64,000 nt of DNA from Candidatus Fermentibacterota bacterium (GTDB taxonomy: Bacteria > Fermentibacterota > Fermentibacteria > Fermentibacterales > Fermentibacteraceae), in the NCBI GenBank assembly GCA_963718745.1, contig OY970370.1:1547566-1611565 (forward strand), in the 5' to 3' direction. The translations under genes were made by a program, and so were the position numbers. The notes below the pieces were generated by a model. It searched no databases and had not been told where the DNA came from. It worked only from the letters and a program-made list of their open reading frames with translations. This document shows positions 10,186 to 19,816 of the stretch, piece by piece. Each line of letters opens with the position of its first letter. Positions within the stretch are counted from its first letter, which is position 1.

Positions 10186-11574
10186 ATGATGATCGAATGT
10201 ATCCCACAGACTGGGAGAGTGGATGTGAGAACTTCCGTCTTGTCCTTCCTGGTCGCCCTGGTACCTTTCTCGATGTCTTTCGCGAACGGCGGCCCGATCG
10301 ACGGATCGCGAGTACTCGGCGCGGGAAGCATCGAGATCGCCCCGGTCGACGGTGTGGAGCTGAGATCCGAGGATCTGTCGTTCGTAATCAGAGGCGATTA
10401 CGTCGATGTAGTGGCAGTCTACGAACTGGAGAACACCGGGGCCGCCCGGGATGTGGAGTTCGCGTTCCCCGTGGACTTCGTCACGGACTACGAAGAGGTG
10501 AACTACTTCTCCGAAGACTCGCCCGAGCCGCTCCAGGAGGTCGAGGAATTCTCGATGACGCTGGACGGCGTGCCGCTACGGATAAGCCGCATCGTGGCGG
10601 ACTCCTCCGAGATCGAGCTGGACGAATGGGTCTATACGAGATCCTCCCTCTGGCACGTCGCCACTCTGCCCCTCGAGGACGGAGCGACACAGATGCTCAG
10701 GGTCGGGTACAGCTTCAAGCCCTTCTTCATGGATGCCGCCTTCAGCAAGGGCTGGTTCCCGTACTGGGGGACGAGGAGCTTCACATACAGGCTGGACCCG
10801 GCGGGCGGCTGGGGTGACGGGATCGTGGAGTCTTTCTCGTGCAGGATGGACGTCTCCACGCTCGAGCACTACGGCGACAGCTTCTCCCTTCCCGAAGGCG
10901 GGAGCTGGATCACCCCCGGCGTTTACGGATGGAGCTGGACGGACTGCGATCTGAGCAGCGCCGATCCCCTCCTGATGTCCTACTCGGTCACGAACGCAAA
11001 GAATTCGCGGTTCCTGCTGGATGACCGGCTCGACTCCGCGGACGTCGCAGCCATTCGTTCCTCCTCGGATCTGGCCCCGCAGGACGGCAACACCTACGAT
11101 CCGGGCAACCTCCTCGACATGGACTTCACTACGGCGTGGTGCCCCGGGGGTCCGGCCGGAGGCGTGGGTTCCTGGGTGGAGTTCGACATGGAGCCCTGCC
11201 TCGCAGGCGCAATTCTCATCGGGAACGGCTACACGAAGAGCGCGGAGGCTTACACCGCCAACTCGCGAGCGCGATCCGTCAGGCTGATCCTGACGGGCGA
11301 CCCCGACAACCCGCATGGCTACGGGGACGGCGGCGTGATATTCGACGAGGTGATCAACCTGGAGGACACGCCGTGGGCGGAGCTGGACGAAGGTAACTTC
11401 GCACGCGGTCTGCAAAGGCTCTTCTCGACTGGAGACATGGGCGAGGCAGTGGGCAGGATCCGCCTCGAGATCCTCGAGGTCTACCCCGGGGATGCTTGCG
11501 ATGACCTGTGCATCTCTGAACTTGTAATCGCGGGTTACGACGGGGAGGACTTCGCACGCTGGGAATCCGACTGA
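10186..11574 (+). CDS. hypothetical secreted protein
   Basis: Signal-like N-terminus (VLSFLVALVPFSMSFA); C-terminal region is W/D-rich and may be a carbohydrate-binding-like domain. Confidence 0.6.
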   Translation: MMIECIPQTGRVDVRTSVLSFLVALVPFSMSFANGGPIDGSRVLGAGSIEIAPVDGVELRSEDLSFVIRGDYVDVVAVYELENTGAARDVEFAFPVDFVTDYEEVNYFSEDSPEPLQEVEEFSMTLDGVPLRISRIVADSSEIELDEWVYTRSSLWHVATLPLEDGATQMLRVGYSFKPFFMDAAFSKGWFPYWGTRSFTYRLDPAGGWGDGIVESFSCRMDVSTLEHYGDSFSLPEGGSWITPGVYGWSWTDCDLSSADPLLMSYSVTNAKNSRFLLDDRLDSADVAAIRSSSDLAPQDGNTYDPGNLLDMDFTTAWCPGGPAGGVGSWVEFDMEPCLAGAILIGNGYTKSAEAYTANSRARSVRLILTGDPDNPHGYGDGGVIFDEVINLEDTPWAELDEGNFARGLQRLFSTGDMGEAVGRIRLEILEVYPGDACDDLCISELVIAGYDGEDFARWESD

Positions 11575-11612
11575 CGCTGTCGCCCGGCGCCGCGGCAGCC
11601 TGCTCCGCGGCC

Positions 11613-12476
11613 GTGATCCTGACGGGGGGCGTGCGGGTGGACGGGACGAGCATGCACGTCCTCTCCGGAGACTCGATCGTTCTGGTGTCGGAGTGCACCT
11701 CGGACTGGTACATCATTCGGCCGGAGCCCGCATCCTACGACCGATTGGAAAGCAGTATTCCGTGCGGAGCCGCGGATACTCTGGCATACACCAGAGTCCT
11801 GCTGTCGGCCGGTGCGTGCAGCCTGGAGACGGTTGCTGGAAGCCTTGCAGGCCCCCTGGGTGCGGGAACCTTCTACATCCAGGCACTTCCCGCCGGGGCT
11901 GCATGCCCGGAGAGCCTGCATTCGACGGAGCCGCCCCATCTTGTGGAACCAGGGATGGTGCAGGTTGCGGTGCGCCCCGGTGACGAGTACGTGGACTTCC
12001 TCATGGAGGCGCTCGGCACGCCGTTCGTGATGATGCCCGGTCGCACGCCCCGGGGCGCCCACCAGGCCGACGACCTCCTGGGTTTCGACTGCGCGGGGCT
12101 CGCCGTCTACGGGGCGCGGAGGCTCGGCCTGGATGTGGAGTACCTCGGGCCGCAGGGGATCATGCGGTATCTCGATCCGGTCGCCTCGGGTCTGTACTCG
12201 CCGGAGCCGGAGGGCGGCCTGTCCGTCTACAGGGATTCCGGAGGCCGGACGGTCGCGGTCGGCGAAGGCGGCCTGGTCACGGGTGACATCCTGCATCAGA
12301 GGACCCAGGTCTCGGTGTTTCTGGAGGACCGCGGGGTGCCGGGCCTGCTCGATTCCGAGGACCTCGTGATCCAGTCCTGGTTCGACGGCCCAATGATCTG
12401 TACGCTGGAGGAGAACGGCTTCTACGGCCTGCCGCTTCGCGTCATGCGCTGGCATGGCATGCCCGCAGCACAGTGA
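11613..12476 (+). CDS. hypothetical protein, weak NlpC/P60-like cysteine peptidase signature
   Basis: GTG start; GFDCAGLAVYGARRLG resembles the NlpC/P60 catalytic Cys region, with downstream His candidates. Confidence 0.45.
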   Translation: MILTGGVRVDGTSMHVLSGDSIVLVSECTSDWYIIRPEPASYDRLESSIPCGAADTLAYTRVLLSAGACSLETVAGSLAGPLGAGTFYIQALPAGAACPESLHSTEPPHLVEPGMVQVAVRPGDEYVDFLMEALGTPFVMMPGRTPRGAHQADDLLGFDCAGLAVYGARRLGLDVEYLGPQGIMRYLDPVASGLYSPEPEGGLSVYRDSGGRTVAVGEGGLVTGDILHQRTQVSVFLEDRGVPGLLDSEDLVIQSWFDGPMICTLEENGFYGLPLRVMRWHGMPAAQ

Positions 12477-12596
12477 TGGAGCAGGATGCCCGGGCGATGA
12501 TGCGGCGCCCGTTCCGCCGCCTGCCCGCCCGTCGACGTCTCGAAGTCGTGGAAGAGGGTCCCGGCGAGGTCTACTCAGGCTCCTGACGATCTCCGA

Positions 12597-15188
12597 TCAT
12601 CTGCCTGATCTCGTCCGCCTTGCTCCGGGTCGACTCGTCGAACTCCCCTCCGAGGATCTCCGTCGCCCTTTCGAGGGACTCCCGGCCTCCGCCCGGCGTC
12701 CAGTGAAGGCGGCAACCTGGGCGAGCACGAGCAGGGCGTGACCCTGCATGCTGGCATGCTCGATGGACTCCGCGATCCGCAGGCATTCCCCGGCCAGCCG
12801 TCCAGCCCTTTCAGGATCCTCCCGGCACAGCAGGTCGGCGATGCCCAGGAGCGACAGCTCCTCGGCCCTCCTGTCGCCCACTTCCCTCGCGATTTCGAGG
12901 GATTCCTCCAGGCAGGCGAGCGCGCGGGCGTCCTCGCCGGCGTGGATGAGCATGAAGCCCATGCTGCCGAGGGTCCGCATCTGCATGATGATGTCTCCCT
13001 GGATCCTGGCGTGGTCGAGAGCCTTCCCGTAGTGCTCCACGCCCTTCATCAGGTTGCCGCCGATCGCCTCGAGCGTGGCCAGGTTGGTGAGCGCGACTGC
13101 TATCTGCCTGTGATCCCCGATCTCCTCGACCGTGGCCAGCATCCTCTCGAAGAATCTCCTGGCTGCATCGTGCCGGCCCCCCTGCGCCTCCATGACTCCC
13201 AGCGTGCCGAGTATCCTGGGCTCGAGGTCCTTCTCCCCGGAGCCCGCTGCCAGGGTCAGGGCCTCTTCGAGCAGCAGCCGGGAATCCTCCGCCCGGCCGG
13301 CAAGCTGCAGGAAGGTCGCCATCCTCTCCATCACGTTCGCCAGCAACCCGGACCTATCGGGCTGCAGATCCCGTCCCCACCTCGACCTGAAGATCTCGAG
13401 CTTCTCGCCGAAGACCTGCAGGGCGAGGCCTGTTGTGCTCCGCACGATGAAGATCTGGCTCAGCGCGATCAGGAAGCCGCGCGTCTCGGCTGGCGGCCAC
13501 AGCCTCGCGGCCCGGTCCCACGCCTGGAGGAGGTTGGGCAGAGCCGTCTCGATCTGCTTCAGGACCTCCGCCGAACCGGCCCGGTTGATGTCCTGTCTGG
13601 CCTGCTCCAGCCAGGCGGCGAAGTGGCGGGCATGCCTCTCCGACAGTTCCTCCCGCCTGCCGGGGTCGTTCGACAGCTTTTCCGCGGCATATGCGTGGAC
13701 GATGGGGTGCATGAGGAACCTGCCGGGGGAGGGGCAGTTGAGCAGCGACCTGTCGAGGAGGCTCCGAAGGTTGCGAAGACCGCAGTCCGCCACCGCCGAG
13801 GCAGCCGGAGGATCGAACTCCCCCGCGAAGATCGACAGTCCGGATAGAGCACGCCTGCCTTCCTCGTCGAGCAGTTTCCAGGAATACTCGAAGACGGCCT
13901 CGAGCCCCCGATGCCTTCCCGGCATGTCCAGGGGAGCGGAGTCGAGCAGCTCGAAGCTGCGCGCCAGCTCGGAGACGATATCCGCCGGCGGGACCATCCG
14001 GACCCAGGAGGAGGCGAGCTCGATGCCCAGCGGGCTGCCCTCCAGCATTCTGCAGATGGAGGCTATTGCAGGCCTGTCCGCCCGCGAGGCATCCCAGCCG
14101 GGGTCCGCCCTGCGGGCCGATGCGAGGAAGAGATCCGACGCGTCGCAGCCCTCGAGGTCGGATCCGTCCGGCGCCGGAAGGTCCATCCCGCGCAGCACGA
14201 AAACCCTCTCCTCGCGGATGTCGAGCCTGTGACGGGAGGTGACCAGCAGCTTCAGCCCCGGGCTCCTGGAGAGCAGGCGCGAGAGGACCGGCGAGTCCTG
14301 CGACAGATGCTCGAAGTTGTCGGCGACGACGAGCACTTCTCTGTCGGCGAGGAACGAGGCCAGCTGGTCCTCCTCGGAGGAGGTTCCGGAGAACCTGAGG
14401 GACATTGCAGAGGCCACAGCGGCGGGGATCATGGAAGCGGAGGGGATGTCCTCGAGGCGCACGAAGAAGGCTCCGTGCCTGAAGCCAGTTATGGCGCGAG
14501 CAGCAGACTGCAGCGCCAGGCGGCTCTTACCCGTGCCGCCGGGGGCGAGTATCGTGAGCAGCCTGCAGCTTGGGTCCTCGAGCTGTGCGCAGATCTCGTC
14601 CAGCTCTCTCGCGCGGCCGACGAATGGCGTCGGCTGTGGCGGTAGGTTCTGAGGGCGGCTGGAGACCGTCCGCAGGGCGGGGAACTCCGATCTGAGTGAC
14701 GGGTGGGTCAGGATGTGGATCTGCTGAGGCTCCATCAGGTCGCGAAGAATGTGCAGACCGGCATCCAGGAGCGATGCTCCGGCGGGAAGCACTTCGGTTC
14801 GACCTGCCTCATCGTTGGCCAGGACCTGCCCGCCCCATGCCGCCGAAAGCATGCGGGCGGCGCCGTTCATGACAGGGCCGAAGTAGTCGTCGCCCCTTCG
14901 CTCGGCCTCCCCTGCGAACGCGCACATCCTGACGTTGAGTCCCCCGACCCCGGACCAGTCCCCGGCCTGCAGGGCGACCTGGGCATGGATGGCGCATTCC
15001 AGGGCCCGGCCATTGTCGAAGACGGCGATGATGCCGTCACCCGTGTGCTTGACGATCCTGCCGCCGTGGAGGGCTGCCGATTCCCGCAGGATGGAGTCGT
15101 GGCGGCAGAGGGCGGCCGACATGGCGTCGGGTGCGCTCTCCCACCTGGCGGTCGAGCCTTCGATGTCGGTGAACAGGAACGTGGGCAT
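12597..15188 (-). CDS. adenylate/guanylate cyclase domain protein with AAA-type P-loop ATPase and TPR repeats
   Basis: N-terminal class III cyclase motifs (FLFTDIEGSTARWE, HGGRIVKHTGDGIIAVF); P-loop APGGTGKSRLA; alpha-helical repeat C-terminus. Confidence 0.8.
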   Translation of the reverse strand: MPTFLFTDIEGSTARWESAPDAMSAALCRHDSILRESAALHGGRIVKHTGDGIIAVFDNGRALECAIHAQVALQAGDWSGVGGLNVRMCAFAGEAERRGDDYFGPVMNGAARMLSAAWGGQVLANDEAGRTEVLPAGASLLDAGLHILRDLMEPQQIHILTHPSLRSEFPALRTVSSRPQNLPPQPTPFVGRARELDEICAQLEDPSCRLLTILAPGGTGKSRLALQSAARAITGFRHGAFFVRLEDIPSASMIPAAVASAMSLRFSGTSSEEDQLASFLADREVLVVADNFEHLSQDSPVLSRLLSRSPGLKLLVTSRHRLDIREERVFVLRGMDLPAPDGSDLEGCDASDLFLASARRADPGWDASRADRPAIASICRMLEGSPLGIELASSWVRMVPPADIVSELARSFELLDSAPLDMPGRHRGLEAVFEYSWKLLDEEGRRALSGLSIFAGEFDPPAASAVADCGLRNLRSLLDRSLLNCPSPGRFLMHPIVHAYAAEKLSNDPGRREELSERHARHFAAWLEQARQDINRAGSAEVLKQIETALPNLLQAWDRAARLWPPAETRGFLIALSQIFIVRSTTGLALQVFGEKLEIFRSRWGRDLQPDRSGLLANVMERMATFLQLAGRAEDSRLLLEEALTLAAGSGEKDLEPRILGTLGVMEAQGGRHDAARRFFERMLATVEEIGDHRQIAVALTNLATLEAIGGNLMKGVEHYGKALDHARIQGDIIMQMRTLGSMGFMLIHAGEDARALACLEESLEIAREVGDRRAEELSLLGIADLLCREDPERAGRLAGECLRIAESIEHASMQGHALLVLAQVAAFTGRRAEAGSPSKGRRRSSEGSSTSRPGARRTRSGR

Positions 15189-15600
15189 CGTCAGCCACCT
15201 TCCCCGATGCGGAGGCCGGTCTCTCCGGCCGCAAGATTATGGCGCAGGGCAGGGAGCCCTGTCCCGTTCTGTCGATCCAGCCGGGCGGGTCGTCGCTGGG
15301 GCCTCGCAGCTTCCGGTCGGACCCCCTAGTCATCCGGGCAGTGAAGAGCGCTCCGGTCAGGTTTCGAACAGCCAGCCTCTGAACGTGTTCACTCTGTCAG
15401 ATGTCCCGGGTTTCTCCCGGTCGGAGAGGCGGAAGCCGGAGGGGTTCGAACAGCGGAATCCAGGAGGACGGATATCTTGAATTGGAACATCATGCTGGTT
15501 GCAGGATAAATAGATGCACGAATGGCCTGACCGGCCGTCGGAGTCGCAGGGGATGGGTGTCCATGGCCGCAGAGGGTGCAACTGTAGAGGGGAGTTTCAA

Positions 15601-16263
15601 ATGCGCCTGATGTTCCGTACTCTGTCAGCCCTGGTTATCGTGGCTCTGGGATGCGGGGATTCCCCGTCCGGGCCGGATGATCCGGGTTATCCAGTCTGGA
15701 TGCCGATGAATGAATCCGAGCAGTGGCTCTATGAAGCTTCGGGTTACATGGTCCAGGAGGGCGACACCCTCGATGCTTCGGGGCTTTTCATTATCGACTA
15801 CAAGCAGGAGGTGATGCACTCGCTCGGATTCCCCGTAGTGGAGATCGAGGAGGTGGACAGCACCGTCTTCACACCCCGGAAAGGTGGAGAGACTCTCCGT
15901 GGGAGCAGAGGATGGACCTTCTACAGACGCCTTACCGATGACATGCTCCGGCTGTACTACAATCTGGAAGCCGACAGTGGAATGGTGGAGCTCGTCCTGC
16001 CTCTCGTCGTGGGGGACCAGTGGGAACTGTGCTTCCCCGGATTGCCCGGCGTCACACAAGTCCGCGAAGTCATCAGCCTTACTGATTCGGTCTCGGTCCC
16101 GTTCGGCGATTTTACTGACTGTGCGCACGTACGTGCGAGCGACGGCCTGAGCCTGACCGGGGACTTCTGGTATGCGGACAGCGTAGGGCTCGTGAGATGG
16201 ACCGTCCAGGAGGCCGGTGTAGACATGATGTTCGAACGAATTCCACAGCCTTCGGTTGAATAG
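15601..16263 (+). CDS. hypothetical lipoprotein
   Basis: Internal start MRLMFRTLSALVIVALGCG (lipobox) with GAGGGGAG RBS; upstream part of ORF 15514 is not protein-like. Confidence 0.6.
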   Translation: MRLMFRTLSALVIVALGCGDSPSGPDDPGYPVWMPMNESEQWLYEASGYMVQEGDTLDASGLFIIDYKQEVMHSLGFPVVEIEEVDSTVFTPRKGGETLRGSRGWTFYRRLTDDMLRLYYNLEADSGMVELVLPLVVGDQWELCFPGLPGVTQVREVISLTDSVSVPFGDFTDCAHVRASDGLSLTGDFWYADSVGLVRWTVQEAGVDMMFERIPQPSVE

Positions 16264-16667
16264 GCGCGTCCTCGGGCCGACCCCGTAGCACCTCGCCCCA
16301 CGCGTCAGCTGAAAAAGTACAGGGATGCGGGGTCCGCTCCGGCGGGCCCCGCATCCATCTGTGAAACGGTTGCTGGAAGCTCACCAGCCTGATCCATCGA
16401 GGTCTTCCGACCATCAATCCAGCCTGCTTGTCGCCAACTGCCCCCCGGGGCAACGCATTCCCCGCTGATCAAAGAGCGAGTATTCGATGGGAGCACCATG
16501 TCGGACGGACTCTGTGTCCCGAGTTGCTGGTTTCCTCCTGTCTGACTCCCCCGGATGTCTTCATAATCATGCTGGAAACCGATTCGGGCGCGTGGACGGC
16601 CAGGATGGTCATCCTGAGAAATGCGGCACCATGCACACGGTGCCCGAGTCCCCGGAGGGGAGGAACG

Positions 16668-18578
16668 ATGAGATACCTTCTGCTGCCGGTCATCTGCGCG
16701 CTGCCGTGCTTCTCCGCGGAGCTCCTGTTCCGCAGCCAGGAAGCAATGCCGGACGCCGAGATCCTCGCTTCGGATGCGAGCTCGGTTACCTTGTGCTTCA
16801 ACCTCCCCGCCCTCACCGGATCCGATGCTTTGGTCGACGGTTTCGGCACCGGCACCTGCCTGCGCGTGCCGGGCTGGGGAATGCTGGCCGAAGCGGGCTG
16901 CCCCGACCTGCCGGTGCTCAGGAAGCTCGTCATGGTCCCGGACATCGGGGGGGTGAGCCTCGAGGTGATGGAGGAGACCACCGCGAGCCTGGGTGTGTTC
17001 ACGATACCGCCATTCCAGCATCCACCCCTCAGATCCGGTGAGACTCAGCCGTTCGAGCAGGACCCGGCGATCTATGGTTCGGAAGGTCCTTTTCCTTCCG
17101 AGTGTGCACTGCTGGAAGGCGTTCACGTGCTGAGGGACCTCAGGGTTGCGACGGTCAGGTTCAATCCCGTGAGGTACGACCCACGGACGGGTGAGGTCAC
17201 TCTGGTGACTTCGGCCACTGTCAGGCTGACGTTCGGGGGATCAGGGGAGAACGAGTTGTCGCGAAACTTCACGGGCACCACCCCCGGTTTCCTCCCGGTG
17301 TACGAGGAGGTCCTGGGGTTCGAACCCTCGGGTCCCTTCCTCGACGGCTGCTACCTGTTCATCGGCACCGAGGAGAGCCTCGAAGCGATCGAGGCGCTGA
17401 TCGACTGGAAGAGACAGCGGGGCTACAGGGTGGAACTGGCACAGGTGCCGAACATGGGAACGACAGCCGAAGAGGTCGACGACTGGATCGAGCTTGCCTA
17501 CGCGATCTGGTCGTGCCCGCCCGAGTGGATCCTCATCGCAGGCGGCGAAGACCTCGTGCCGGTGCCGCTGTACGAGGGATTCGCATCCGACAACGTCTAC
17601 GGCGTCATCGGCACAGGGACCAGCGTGCCATCGATACATGTCGGGAGGATCACCGGGTCCATGGAGGACCTCCAGTACCAGGCCTGGAAGATCCGCAGCC
17701 ACGAGGCCGACCCGTACGAGCCGGCAGGCGTGAACTGGCTGCAGAGGACCGTGGTCATCGGCTCGAGCGACGGGCTGGATCCGCTGCACTCCTGGGAGCA
17801 TGCTCAGATCTTCATGCAGCACGGTTTGTCCGTGGATTACTACTGCGACAGCCCCGCGTACGGCGGGGCGCCTCCGGACAAGGCGGCCATCGCGGCGAAC
17901 ATCGACGAGGGAAGGACGATCGTAGACTACATCGGCCACGGGTGGAGCGAAGGCTGGGGCACCTCGGGGTTCTCCTCGACCGACGTGGCAGCCCTTTCGA
18001 ACGGCCGCATGCTCCCCTGGGTGAACTCGATAGCCTGCAGCAACGCGGAGTTCATGTACGGGTACTGCTTCGGAGAAGCCTGGATGACCGAGGGAGACAT
18101 GGTCGACCCCAGGGGCGGGCTCGGTTTCATGGGGGCGACGACGGGCAGCCCCTTCGGCCCGACGGATTCACTGGCGGAGTACACGTGGCGCGGCTACTTC
18201 GAACTCGATATCCATCACATGGGAGCGGCAGTCGACTACGGGAAGCTGAAGGTCGAGGAGTTCTACGGCGGCGGCGGCTGGGCAAACAACATGATGCACA
18301 TGGTGTTCGGATGCCCCGAGGTCGACGTCTATGGCGACACTTCCCCCATCCCCGTCCTGGCATCTGACCACAGCGGGTACATCTGGAGCGGACCGTGGCC
18401 GGTATACGTCACCTCCGAGGGCGATGGTCCCGTCGAAAACGCGATGGTGGGCGTGGTTCAGGGCGACGAACTGCTCGGAGCCGGATACACCGACAGCAAT
18501 GGCTTCCTGCAGCTGGACATCCCGGAACTGCCCTACGGATCTTCCGATGGAGGCCACCATCACTGTCACTGCTCATAA
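16668..18578 (+). CDS. peptidase C25 (gingipain-like) family protein, catalytic region
   Basis: Start MRYLLLPVICALPCFSA (signal) with GGAGGGGAGG RBS; conserved His/Cys regions (IDYIGHGWSEGWG, VNSIACSNAEF); reading frame ends abruptly at 18578. Confidence 0.8.
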   Translation: MRYLLLPVICALPCFSAELLFRSQEAMPDAEILASDASSVTLCFNLPALTGSDALVDGFGTGTCLRVPGWGMLAEAGCPDLPVLRKLVMVPDIGGVSLEVMEETTASLGVFTIPPFQHPPLRSGETQPFEQDPAIYGSEGPFPSECALLEGVHVLRDLRVATVRFNPVRYDPRTGEVTLVTSATVRLTFGGSGENELSRNFTGTTPGFLPVYEEVLGFEPSGPFLDGCYLFIGTEESLEAIEALIDWKRQRGYRVELAQVPNMGTTAEEVDDWIELAYAIWSCPPEWILIAGGEDLVPVPLYEGFASDNVYGVIGTGTSVPSIHVGRITGSMEDLQYQAWKIRSHEADPYEPAGVNWLQRTVVIGSSDGLDPLHSWEHAQIFMQHGLSVDYYCDSPAYGGAPPDKAAIAANIDEGRTIVDYIGHGWSEGWGTSGFSSTDVAALSNGRMLPWVNSIACSNAEFMYGYCFGEAWMTEGDMVDPRGGLGFMGATTGSPFGPTDSLAEYTWRGYFELDIHHMGAAVDYGKLKVEEFYGGGGWANNMMHMVFGCPEVDVYGDTSPIPVLASDHSGYIWSGPWPVYVTSEGDGPVENAMVGVVQGDELLGAGYTDSNGFLQLDIPELPYGSSDGGHHHCHCS

Positions 18579-18924
18579 CTGCAGGGCGTACACGGCTTCA
18601 CTGGACCCGGCTCCGGTGGGCTGGGAGGAAGGCGGCAGCGCGTGTCTCTTCCTCGACCCGGCCACCCCCTCTCCGTTCTCGTCCCTCACCTCGATAACCT
18701 TCGGCCTGCCGTCGGAATCCCCCTGCAATCTGTCCGTCTACGATGTCTCCGGAAGGCTGGTGCGGACGATCATCGACGCCAGCCTGCCCGGCGGCGGTCA
18801 TGCGGTCGTCTGGGACGGTACGACGGGCTCGGGTGCGAGATGCCCGGACGGAGTCTACTTCATTCGCCTGAGCATTCCGGAGGACGGGCTCACCCGGAGA
18901 GTAGTCCGGCTGGGCGGGGATTGA
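18546..18924 (+). CDS. T9SS C-terminal sorting domain, probable 3' continuation of the C25 peptidase in the +1 frame
   Basis: Frame +1 encodes ...CNLSVYDVSGRLVRTIIDASLPGGGHAVVWDGTTGSGARCPDGVYFIRLSIPEDGLTRRVVRLGGD, a classic Por-secretion C-terminal domain; implies a frameshift near 18530-18550. Confidence 0.5.
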
Positions 18925-18943
18925 CGGCTTTCTAGATCATCAT

Positions 18944-18968
18944 GGGGCGGAGTTCCAGGCTCCGCCCC
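18944..18968 (+). terminator. GC-rich hairpin downstream of C25/CTD gene
   Basis: GGGGCGGAG-TTCCAGG-CTCCGCCCC about 20 nt after the stop; weak T-tract. Confidence 0.35.
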
Positions 18969-19184
18969 TGTCCGACTTGTCCGGTATCAGGCCGGGGTCA
19001 CCTTAAGGACAGGTCTGCAGCAGTTACCAGCCTCCGTCCATCTTCTCTGCGGGCGGCATCCCTCACGCCAGATTCCTGAAAGCGTGCACTGAAGGCGATG
19101 GTGTCGATCTGATGGGCGGAGAGGCATCCACAGAAGGAGTCGGACCCGATCATCCGTTTGACGGTATCCGGAGCTCCGCCTGTC

Positions 19185-19565
19185 TCAGTCGCACACCCAC
19201 CAGCGACCGTCGATCAGAATCATCGCAATCTTGATGTTCGTGGCGAGGATCGAGGCTTCAGCGATATCGTCCCGCACTTCGACATAGACTTCGTAGTCGC
19301 CGGGCAGGTCGGGCATCCCGTCGATCTCCATCGCCTGCCTCAACTCGGCCCGCTGTTCGGGCAGGATCCAGAGCAGCGCAGCTTCCATGTCTTTCCGGTC
19401 TACGGCGTCATAGAAGATTTCGGCGACCATCACCGGATTCGATGTGTCGACCTCGGATTCGGTCGATTCCGCAAAGGAGTCCGTGCTCTCATTCCGGATG
19501 CTTCCGCAAGCCACAGAACCCATGATGAAGACGGAACATGCGAATGCTGCAGCTCTCGACGACAT
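19185..19565 (-). CDS. hypothetical lipoprotein
   Basis: Internal start MSSRAAAFACSVFIMGSVACGS (lipobox). Confidence 0.5.
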   Translation of the reverse strand: MSSRAAAFACSVFIMGSVACGSIRNESTDSFAESTESEVDTSNPVMVAEIFYDAVDRKDMEAALLWILPEQRAELRQAMEIDGMPDLPGDYEVYVEVRDDIAEASILATNIKIAMILIDGRWWVCD

Positions 19566-19816
19566 CGATGCCCCCGTTCGGAGATCCAGCCTTTCTGCGT
19601 TCCCGATATGGAATTCTAAGAAGCTCATCGCTCCTGGAACACCCTGATTGTCCTGTTCGTGAAATTGTCCCTCGAGTGGGCTTCCGGCTCCCGGATGCCC
19701 TGATCACTCAGCTGATCGCAGAAGCAGCAGCCGGAAGGGATCGGAACATCGCAGACATCCTGTATCTGCCTGATGCTGCACAAGCGTGCCTCGTCATCCT
19801 GCCGAAGACGTGTGTA

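Noticed and set aside
12738-13847. 369-aa plus-strand ORF and neighbouring ORFs 13132..14232 and 13911..14645
   Set aside because: All lie inside and antisense to the cyclase-ATPase-TPR gene; Ser/Arg/Pro-rich translations.
15470-15510. Possible sigma-54 promoter (TGGAAC...GCTGG) upstream of the lipoprotein gene
   Set aside because: GG and GC elements are at the wrong spacing (8 rather than 10 nt) and the -12 region does not match TTGCW.
16305-16345. Possible terminator hairpin after lipoprotein gene 15601..16263
   Set aside because: A 14-bp stem with one mismatch, but the T-tract is on the opposite strand where no gene needs termination; probably another member of the hairpin repeat family.
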